DNA from: Eledone cirrhosa
Taxonomy: Eukaryota
Assembly: GCA_964016885.1 (NCBI GenBank)
Contig: OZ024764.1
Location: 27,652,001 to 27,716,000 of the forward strand
Direction of reading: 5' to 3'
Length of the DNA stretch: 64,000 bases
Under the pieces are notes generated by a model. That model ran no database searches. It saw nothing but the letters and a program-made list of their open reading frames with translations, and was not told where the DNA came from. Numbering within the stretch: position 1 is the first letter of the stretch; each line of letters opens with the position of its first letter. A program made the translations under genes and the position numbers. Positions 37,897 to 49,484 of the stretch are shown here, in pieces.

Positions 37897-38605
37897 TATA
37901 TATTCCCGCCGTTGAAATAAAAATTTTAATAGAAAAACGGCGGGAATATATGTTACAACCCAATCTATATATATTTGGGTTGTAACATATATTCCCGCCG
38001 TTGAAATAAAAATTTTAATAGAAAAACGGCGGGAATATATGTTATAGCCCAATCTATATATATTTGGGTTTTAACATATATTCCCGCCGTTGAAATAAAC
38101 ATTTTAATAGAAAAACGGCGGGAATATATGTTGCAACCCAATCTACATATATTTGGGTTGTAACATATATTCCCGCCGTTGAAATAAAAATTTTAATAGA
38201 AAAACGGCGGGAATATATGTTACAACCCAATCTACATATATTTGGGTTGTAACATATATTCCCGCCGTTGAAATAAAAATTTTAACATAAAAACGGCGGG
38301 AATATATATTACAACCCAAATATATGTAGGTTGGGTTGTAACATATATTCCCGCCGTTTTTCTATTAAAATTTTTATTTCAACGGCGGGAATATATGTTA
38401 CAACCCAAAATATATAGATTGCGTTGTAACATATATTCCCGCCGTTTTTCTATTAAAATTTTTATTTCAACGGCGGGAATATATGTTACAACCCAAAAAT
38501 ATGTAGCTTGGATTGTAACATATATTCCCGCCGTTTTTCTATTAAAATTTTTATTTCACCGGCAGGAATATGTTACAACCCAAATATATATATATTGAGT
38601 TGTAA
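37897..38605. repeat. 89-bp palindromic (dumbbell) tandem array, 5 flip plus 3 flop units
   Basis: TTCCCGCC at 37903, 37992, 38081, 38170, 38259, 38348. Unit = 28-bp stem AACGGCGGGAATATATGTTACAACCCAA, 11-nt loop, reverse-complement stem, 22-nt loop. Confidence 0.95.
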
Positions 38606-40195
38606 CATGGGTTACATATAAGGTCTCATTTTTTTTCTTTTCTTTCTTTCAGTTTTTTTCTTATCTCTAGATATAAATATATATACATAAGGTAACTTGG
38701 TAGAATTGTTAGAACATCAGATAGAATTCTTTGCAGTATTTTTCCAGTTCTTTACTCTGAGTTCAACTTTACCTTTCTTCCATTCAGTGTCGATAAGTCT
38801 TGAATATGTCTAACGTAGCAATAACTGGAGCTACTTAACCAAGTTTTCCCAACCTTGTCGATGTCACCTACTGGTTGGCGATTTAAACTGTTGGCTGGGA
38901 CAATGACCAACTAATCAGTCAGATTCGAACTCACTATGTCTGGCATATATTTTATATTTTATATTTGAATGAAGTTCTGTAAGTAACCTGGTGGCTTAGA
39001 TGGCAATACTGCTCGAATAGATGGCTTCTAGTTCATTCCCTATCCAGGATTGTAGAATTAATTTTATTTAGTTATTATTTAATCAATTGTTTTAACAAAC
39101 AAATTATATCTATAAAACGCCAAATATAGTGAGTTCAAATCTGACTGACATGCATGGTATATATTTATGTTTCATTATACAGCGACACAATACACAGGAA
39201 CTTATAAAGATATGTATATATTGTCCAGGAGTTTCGAGTTTAGTGGGAATTGGTACAACTCTCAATTGGAGCTAGTCCCTGCAAGATCAGCATAAATAAT
39301 GTTATACCTTTTCATGAAATCTTGCACACCCGATATTTTATACATGATTATTTAAAGGTGAACAAAAACCAAAGAACATTGTGCAGCATTTCTCAACCTT
39401 TCTACCCATGTCGATCTCTTGAAATAGTTTTTATGTCTCAGGGAAGCCCTGCATAAAATATACTTTTTCTATCTCTAGAGCAGTGGTTCCCAAATCGTGT
39501 GCTGCGAGATGAAACAAGATGAGCTGCAAAAGACTAAGATTAAGTTTTAAGATGTGAAAAATATAAAACTGAAATTTCATATAAAAGTTCAAATATAGCT
39601 ACAGCCACAAACCTAGGCTCCACACCCCGCAATGCAGAGGATAGTAAGATAGTACCAAGGCCTGACTCACCTCTTCCACTCCATTGAGACCTCTGCCATA
39701 CTTGGTCCCTGTACTGCTGATTTCCTCCATAAAGTTGGGAGGAAAGACGACAGGAGCCTCATGAGGAGGGGCGACTATTGTAGCAGGTGTCTCTGGCCTT
39801 GCTCTGAGGTAACGCTTTTACGTTTCTTCCACAGGTTGCGGCTGAGGGACCACTTAGACTGGGGTGAAGTGTTTGTCCCTCCCCCGACTTTTTACTTCTT
39901 TTTTTTTCTCATTTTCATTTTCTTTTCTCTTCTTGCTTATCTCTGCTATACCACGGCATCAAAAACATATATGATATATGTATGTATGGTATAGGTGTAT
40001 TTATATTTAGGATAGTTATCAAAGGTAAATAGACTGGTTGGAGTAATAACAGTCTTGTTTATGTATATACACACATATATACATATATATATATATATAT
40101 ATATGTTTGTTCTTGTATTTCTATAGAAAAGGTAAAGAAAAGAAGAGTGCTCTATGTATTGTACAGAGCTATTTAATTACATAATAAACAACAGA

Positions 40196-42904
40196 ATGGA
40201 AAACATTCAGACAGAGAAGAATGGATAATGAGCGTTGTAAGAGAAATTGGCCAACAATTAATATTAATGGAAATGTAGAAGAATTTCATATTAGTGATAT
40301 GAATGTTTCGTGTGATCACTGTGGAGCTTTGAAATTTAGAAATGAAAATTGTAACTGTTGTAATAAAGGAAAGGTTGTGTTGCCACCATTGCAAATATAC
40401 CCTGAGAGACTGAGAAATCTCTTTGAAAGAGGCCAGGAAGCAGTTGATTTCACAGAAACATCTGCAATTAAAACTACATTTATTTCACTTCATTTGGTGT
40501 TACCACCCGGCAGAGGCCCGTATAGCTTTCATATTCAGGGTCAAACATATCAATACACCCCCATCTCTGTAACCTGCAGAAAATACACCACAATATGGCC
40601 AGTTATATATTATTGATGGGAATGAAAGTGTGTAGCACAGATTGGAAGTACAACCAAATAATTGTTTCTGGCACAAGGCCAGCAATTACTGGTACTTTAT
40701 TCTATCGACCTCATAAGGATGAAAACAAAGTCAACCTTAGAGGGATTTGAACCCAGAACGTAAAGGGCCATAACCCTATGCTGCAAAGCATGGTGTCTGA
40801 CGCTCTACCGATACTGCCAATCCACCGCCCTAGTACCAACAAATAATGACTGCTCACCACAAAAAATGGCTATGATAAGAGAGGTGTTGCATGAATGTTA
40901 TCCATATGTCAAAGTGTACAATACAATGCATGGCATCAAACAGCAAAGTTCTAGAAGAGAAAATTGTCGTGTACAGAACTGTGAATTAAGATTTAGAAGA
41001 GGATCAGATATGAGCTGCTATAATTTACCAACTAGTAATGATAGCTGTTGTTTTGTGGGGGATTGAGGGCACACCACCTGTACAAAGAGATATTATCATC
41101 TTTCCTAAAGACCATCCTCCTCAGAAAATACCACATAATTCATGCCACTTGGACCTCATGACCGACCGATAATGGTGAATTTTGGTGGCATAGTGACATG
41201 GAGAGGAATGCAGGACCTGTGTTTGCAATAGACTGACAATGCAGGAGTATTACATATACAGTATAGCATATAGAGGAGGATTTAGTGTGATATATAGGGC
41301 AGGTAAATTATTTTAGCAGTATTTAGTGGATGCCTATATGAAAGTAGAGGGATGCAGGCTTCTATATTTGAGGAACAATCAAGCCCAATTGTGAGTGGAT
41401 GAGTATAATGGTTTACTGAATTATCTAAACAGATGATAACACTGAGCCTTAAAAAATGAAGACAAGATATGAAACAGAGAAGACATTGACAGAATCGTGT
41501 CAGCAGAAATACCTGCATTGGAAGATGATCCAGTACTACATGAGCAGGTTTAAAAGTTTATTATCCACAGGCCATGTGGTTCTGGAAACCCTTTTCCCCC
41601 ATTTATACAAAATGGATTTTTCCAAAAGAACTATCCAAAAACCTACAGAAGGGAAACATTATTGAACCTAAATGGATACCCAGAGTACAGGAGGTGCAAG
41701 ACAGGAACTGCAGTGTAAATTGGATGACATTCAGTAGATAACAGGAATGTTGTGCCACTTAATGCCTTTTTGCTTAAGAAATATTGTGCACATATTAATG
41801 TTGAAGTTTGCGCTTCTGTAAAAAGTGTCAAGTACCTCTTTAAATATGTTACATGGGGCATGATTGTACATCTATAGAAGTAACGAATAATGCATTACCT
41901 AATGAGGCTCAGAACCAACACAACCATGATGAAATAAGAACCTATCTTTGTTGCAGGTATGTGTCTCAGCCAGAAGCAGTGTTGTGTCTCTCAGAATTTA
42001 AGCTTCATGGTACATCACATACAGTATACAGCCTAGCCACACACCTGGAGAACAAACAGAGTTTACTTTCAAAGAGGCAATGCTTACACCTTCTGGGATG
42101 CCGCCTCACTAACTCCAATTAAAAGCAGGATCAATAATAATGCTTCTATGGAATATTTCAATCCAGAACAGATTATTTTATTGGCACAAGATTAGAAGTA
42201 GTGGAACTGCATAAACATTTTATCGAAGCTTCTCATATCTATGGTCCTTTGATGGGCAGGTGTGTTTTGATCCGAAGACTGAAGTTAGTTCCCAGTGGTG
42301 CCAACATCCCTTTTACTTTGGAAAGACCCCAGTTTCCATTAAGACTGTCATATGCCATGACAATCAACAAGAACCATGGTCAAATACATGATAAAGTGGG
42401 TCTGTTCCTCCCTGAGCAAGTATTTAACCCTGGACAATTGTATGTTGCTTTTTCAAGAGTTCACAGACAGATGTAAAAATTAATCCTAGCAAACCCCCAC
42501 CACTCCTACAACTGTTAGCTGTTAGACCACCCCCAGCACCACCCAACCTCCGTTCTAGTCCCACCGTTAGAACCAATGCTGCTTACCCTGCCTCTTTTAC
42601 TAGTTCACTCCTTCGCTCGAATTTCAAAGCTGGCCCTCTACACTTGGTCGTGCTCTCTGTGTCCGCACTAGCCGGTACCTAAACACAATAAAATGTCACC
42701 TGTGCTACCAAAACTACCACAGGAACTCTGTCGGCATCAGCAAGGCTCAAGCCGAAAGGCTTCAATACTAGACCTGTAATCAGGGCCACTTTACCTCCGA
42801 CGACCAGCTTTCTACCGATTGTGTGTTGATGGAGGGGACATGAGACCAGCAAAGTCCTAGGAGTAGAGACTAGTAAATAATAAACGGTCCTAGCTATGTT
42901 AAGA
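40196..42904 (+). pseudogene. Helitron remnant, copy 5 (alpha; duplicate of copy 1)
   Basis: Near-identical ORFs at offset 29019. Confidence 0.92.
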
Positions 42905-44473
42905 AGACAAGAGAAATAAATATTTACCTCTTTCATGTAGGTAATATAGCGGTGTTATAAAAGTAATTATACGACCGGTGTAACAGTCGGTATAAATGAA
43001 AGATGTAGAAATGAAAGTTGCAACAATGACATGAATAAATATACAGTAATTTAATATGAGCAAGAATAAATATTTAATGGAATTAATTAAGTGTAATTTA
43101 ATAAGAAATAAGAAATAAGTAAAACAGTAAAAGAAACAATAACAAACAAAATGGAGTCACATAAAATTTGGTTTATCTTTATAAAGCTTATTTTAAACGC
43201 GATTTTCCTTTTAAATCCGTAGCTCCGCTTACTAACCTTAGGGCTGTAACGTTACATGGTTCGAATCTTACACTCTTCTCTATAGTGCCACACGAGTTAT
43301 CTCCTAGTCTTTTTATATAGTTTCACTGTTTAGTGAAAGAGGGCGCTACGAACAGTTACTTATGTAGATGGGTGGTTAGCGATTCGGCTTACAAACATTA
43401 GCATCATGACGTTACATGGGTTCGAACCCTTCCGGCGCCTCAATTTTTCAAATAGAGTTATCACCCATGGTTCTTTAGAGTTTCATTGCTTACTCGAAAG
43501 ATGGCGCGGGGATCATCTTTTACGATGAGTAGTAAGAGACAATAATACATGGAAGGAGGAGAAATAGAGAGAGATAGAAAGACGAATGTGTCACACACTC
43601 AATTCTCTCACCCTCTCTTTACTTTTATTACTCTATCTACCTCTACTTTCTCACCCTCTCTTTTTTTCTATTACACTTTCTTCCTCGTATTTCTCACCCT
43701 CTCTTTATTTCTATTACTCTATCTACCTCATATTTCTCACCTTATCTTTACTTCTTTTATTCTTTCTTCTTTGTATTTCTCACCCTCTATCTATCTCTTA
43801 TTTCTCATCTCTCTTTACTTCTGACAGAGTGATAGATGTAAAGAGAAGGTGAGAAATAAGAGGTTGATAGATTTGGCTGTTATTTTTAACATTTTCTAAT
43901 CATATGAGAGAGAGAGAGAGAGTATAAGATATATAGAGAGGGGGAAATCGCCGATGTTTACGTTGAGAAAACCTTATAAAATGTTATAAATGGGTTTATA
44001 AAGAACAGAATGAGATAAACAAGACAAAGACAGATAAAATAAAATCAGCGATTTATTTATAATATTTTAATATATTTTTCCTGGTCGTCTGCTTCCATTG
44101 ATAGAGAGAGGAGTGGTGGGAGGTAGCCATAACAACCGTGGTAGCAACACTGTGGTTTTTAAAGAAGTGAATACAAGAAAAACTAAACAAGCAACAAATT
44201 TAATTTACTAAAATTAGTTTAAACATCTAAATCTTAAGAATATTAAATCTCTTACCCCTTTAGCATTCACATTACTCTATATATACTATTGTATTTTCAC
44301 AGTAACGGCTTTATCTCACATAATATCGAATCTATGAGATTTCGATATTATTTATTTTCAGAACAATACTTTAACATCAGTATGAGTGGTTAATTAGGGC
44401 TGGTTTGAACAGAAAGAGGTGAGAGAATTCTGGCCGGTTACAGCTGGTTTTAATGCTAAGGGGTTAAGCCCTT

Positions 44474-46715
44474 CAAGATGTGTATGACGAGAAAGAAGCC
44501 GTTTTAGAATCGTATGACATAGATAATAACTGGAATTTCTTATGTGACAACTTACTGCAGGCTGCTGAAGACACTTGTGGCTGGAGCAGAGCTCCGACCA
44601 GACAGAGAGTGACCTGGTGGTGGGACAACACGGTAGATAAGGCCATTAGAGACAAAAGACTAGCATGGAACACTTGGATAAATGGTGGGAGTAGAGACCG
44701 ATGCACAGCCGCTAAGAAAGAAGCTAGACGTCAGGTGTACTTAGCACGCAGGGAGGCTGAGAATAGGAGGGTTGCCAATGTTCTGTGACGGGAAGATCAA
44801 AGACGTGCGGTGTTCCGCATTGCAAGCCAGTGTGTCAGTGTAAATCGGGATGTTGTTGGAGATAAATGTGTCCGGAATGATGCTGGTGTACTCAGTGTCA
44901 ATAATGATCAGAAAAAGGAGGCCTGGAAATGCCATTATGAGAGGCTGATGAATGTAGAGAATGAATGGGAGAGAGAGAAACTACCCACATTTGACCGAAC
45001 AGAGGGACCAGCTATTGAGATTGTTGACTATAGGGTCAAAGAGGCAATTAAAGAAAGGAAAAATGGTAAGGCAGCTGGACCATCAGGGATAGTTGCTGAG
45101 ATGCTGAAGGCATGAGGAGAAGTAGGTACTAAACTGGTTGCAAGCATAATCAATCAAGCTATATATGGCGGAGTCATACCCAAAGACTGGTGCAGCAGTA
45201 TTCTCATAAATTGCTACAAAGGTAAAGGGGATGCTCTGGAGAGGATCAATTATAGAGGCAGAAAACTGATGGATCAGGTTATGAAAGTGGCAGAAAGGAT
45301 ATTAGAGCAACTAATTAGAGAAAGAGTCAAACTAGATGAGATGCAGTTTGGTTTTGTGCCTGGGAAAAGTACAACCGATGCCCTCTTCTTAGAGAAGAAT
45401 AAGCCATTATACTTAGCTTTTGTTGACCTAGAGAAAGCCTTTGATAGTGTACCCCAGTCTGTCATCTGGTGATCCCTAAGGAAACTAGGTGTTGAGGAAT
45501 GGCTTGTGAGGACAGTACAAGCTTTGTACAGAGGTACTGTCTGTAAAGTGAGGGTAGGAATGGAGTTTAGTGAGGAATTCCAGATACAAGGAGGAGTCCA
45601 TCAGAGTTCGGTCCTCAGCCCGCTCTTCTTCATTATAGTCCTCCAAGCCATAACAGAGGAGTTTAAGACTAGCTGCCCATGGGAACTTCTCTATACTGAC
45701 AATCTGGTTTTTATAGCAGAATCAGTAGAGGAGCTAGAGAATAAATTCTGGCTATGGAAACAGCAGTTGGAATTAAGAGGACTGAGAGTGAACCCAGCTA
45801 AAACAAAAGTGTTGATAAGTAGAAAAAAGGACAAAACTCTGATGGCCATGTTCGATATGCAGAAAAGGAACTGGCATACATTCTATAAAATGTACACAAT
45901 GCAGATCTTGGGTACACACGAGATGTAGTGGGATAGCAGGCAAACTAACAGGTAGGGAAAACTACGTATGCAGTAGATGTACAGGGAAATTTGACAGTAG
46001 AAGTTGCATTGATAGACACATTTTTCAAATGCAAGTTGGTTCTATAAAAGTGGTTGATAGCTTCAGTACCTAGGTGATCAGATTAGTATGGGAGGGGGGG
46101 GGGGGGGGTTTCCGAGGCCATAGTATCTAGAATAAGGACGGGCTGGAAGAAGTTTAGGGAGCTGCCTCCTCTGGTGACAAAGAGGGTTTCTCCCTGCATA
46201 CAAAAGGTTGGTTGTTTGATGCCTGTGTGAGATGCACAATGTTGCATGGTAGTGAGACATGGGCAGCAACTGCAGAGGATATGCGAAGGCTGAAGAGAAA
46301 TGAAGCAAGCATGCTCCATTGGATGTGCAATGTCAATGTGCGTGAAAGACCAAGCATGGACGAGTTGAGAGTGAAACTCTATAAGAAGGATAAACTGCAG
46401 TGTGCGGGAGAAAAGACTGCATTGGTATGGCCATGCGATGCGTATGCAGGATTACCGCAGGGTGAAGAAGTGCCAAGTAATCCCAGTGGGAGGAATATGC
46501 AGTAGAGGAAGACCAAGGAAGATATGGGCAGAGGTAGTGAGAGCTGACCTCAGATCGTTGAAGCTCAGAGGAGATGATGAAGGAGAGATGCTGCGCTGAA
46601 GAGGATCTGTCCCACCCTTATAAGCAGGGAAAAGTGGATGTATAATGATGATGATATATATATATGTCCCACCCTTGCAAACAGGGAAAAGCAGACGTAA
46701 AATGAAAATGATGAT
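44474..46715 (+). pseudogene. RTE-like LINE remnant, copy 2
   Basis: Same stops and frameshifts as 15455-17695 at offset 29019, so a segmental copy rather than an independent insertion. Confidence 0.92.
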
Positions 46716-46737
46716 ATATATATAGATAGATAGATAG

Positions 46738-46794
<57 letters not shown>

Positions 46795-48445
46795 CTTATA
46801 CGTCATGGTGGCTACAGGTGCCAAGAGGAAGAAGCCGGACAATCCTCTGATATTTGTTTATCTTCCTTTCCTTCGTGGGCCGCGGTACCCGGGTTTGTGG
46901 CCGAAGCGACCAAGTTGAAATCGGCCACCGGTGGTTGATATCACCAGGTTAGGAAACCCTGGTTTAGTCGCTCCAGTTATTACTTCGTTAGACATAGTCA
47001 GTAATTGAAATTAAAGCCTAAAGGTGTACTAAAGCCACAAACGTTTTTCTATCTATGAATTATTAGTGGTGTAAACAGATGAATTAAAGTCAAAGCTAAC
47101 AAATATATCACCAAGAAGAATATCTAAGGATTTCCAAAGTGTAAAGTCAGCTCAAGCCTGGAGACTTATCAAGCAGGTGCCTGTCCCAGTTCCTCTAGCG
47201 TAAAGGGACTGAGAGTACATGACTTCCCCCTGGACATGATGTCAGTCCATCGCAGGGTTAACCCCCCACCTATGTGAAATTAAGTTTTTGCTCAAGTAAA
47301 ACAACTAACAACACGCTCCAGGAATCGAATACACATATGATCGTAAGACCACGGGCCTCCACTATCGAAGGATCTACCCTTCATTAAAGAATAAATTAGA
47401 CTTATGCTTACATCGCCGACATAATTATGGTCGGAAAGGACATTACTGAAAATAAGGAATGAACAACTAAAGGAAGACAGAAACGGTCCCTCCTATCTGA
47501 AATATTAAGGAAGGAATCTACACAGGAGGGCCCATCTTCCTACCAAAAGAATTATTTTAACAAGCCTACATCCTACTGAGCCAAAGAAAGGGGCCTCATA
47601 ACTAGAACATGCTTCATTTGTCCTAAATACGGAGCTGACTTTACATATAATTATATATATGTATATATATATAGTATGTGTGTGTGTGTATGAAGATGTA
47701 TGACCCCTAGCAAGCCAAACTACAGTTACTCCCCAACATGGATAGCAAATTAAAACATTACCTGTTAGAGACAAACGTGAAATGATTTGTTAGTGAACTA
47801 CCGGTGTAACAGTAATTATGTTACCGGTGTAACTATTTCTGTTTACCTTATTTTTAAATCACACTCCTATATTAGTTTAGTGACCTTTCAATTCAAATAA
47901 ATTCTTGATGATGATTGAACTCGCATCGGAGTAGCCCAACGCCTTGGCCTCCGCGTGTGTGAGCCACATAAATGCTCTCAACGACATAGTGAGAAGAAGC
48001 CTGGACGCAGCTGAATTTCCATCTCAACTGGAGCCAGCAGGCCTAGGCCGCGGAGATGGCAAGCACCCCGAGGGAATCACCCTCTTCCCATTCGAAGGAG
48101 GTAGATCCACAAACCCCAGCATCGCTGCCCGTCTCGCAGATGAACATAAAATAAACAAATTCCGGTGTTTGTCCTGGAGCCTCTTCTAAGCACCAGCCGC
48201 CGTCGAGACCCCGGGCCAACTTGGACCCATTACAGCCGAGCTCCTCCGCAACATCGCAGTGTCTGTGGCCCGTCTGAGGATGGAGTCCCACGAGGTTGGA
48301 TGCCTGTTGCAGCAGGTGTCACTGTCCTTACATATATATACGTAAATGTTCCCTTGACTGCTATTTCTAGCATATATTAATAGACACTTTAGAAACAGCA
48401 GCTAAAAATCAAGAAACAACAGTGTGTGTCTGTATATATATACAC

Positions 48446-48502
<57 letters not shown>

Positions 48503-48586
48503 AGCCAAAGACACGCACACACGCACATACACATACACACAGGTGTATGTCTGCGTGTATGTATATATATGTGTGTGTCTTTTCGT

Positions 48587-48636
<50 letters not shown>

Positions 48637-49348
48637 TGATCCCCCTCGCAACCTTTAATTAAACAAACCTGCGATGAGGCGATGATCAAAATAAACACCA
48701 AAGTGTAAACAAACAGCCCATAGGTGCTGCCGGATACACGATAACATGTGTAGACGAAGTAAAACTTTTATTACTGTAATATAAAGTAGAAACCCTTTAT
48801 TTAAACAAAGCTGCGTGGCAGCGATGATCAAAACAAACTTCAAAGTGTAAACAAACCTCTCGTAGGTGCGGCCAGATACACGCTAACATGTGTATACGAA
48901 GTGTAACAGGGAGTTGGGTCGTATTATATGACTTTCAAATTGACCCCTATTATATTCAAATTATCCCCTGTGGGGCGTGCACCCCACGTTGAGAATCCCT
49001 CATAAATAAATATATGTGAGTGTGTTGCTATGACTGCTATTTCTAGCAGGTTTACTGCAGTCCTGTAGACGCACAACAAAAACCGGAAGTGGCAGCCATT
49101 AAAAAACTTTGGCTTAAAATCAGGCAAAAGTTTTTTAACAATTTGCCAAGAAAGATAACTCTTGTCTGACTTAATCGCAAAAATCGAGGCAAAAATTTTG
49201 CGGCTGTGCAGTTTGTTTGGTGTATTTGACTGCTATTTCTAGCATGTATGGACGTATGTACGGTATAGGTGTATTTATATTTAGGATAGTTATCAAAGGT
49301 AAATAGACTGGTTGGAGTAATAACAGTCTTGTTTATGTATATACACAC

Positions 49349-49380
<32 letters not shown>

Positions 49381-49484
49381 GTTTGTTCTTGTATTTCTAT
49401 AGAAAAGGTAAAGAAAAGAAGAATGCTCTATGTATTGTACAGAGCTATTTAATTACATAATAAACAACAGAATATAATTATTCC

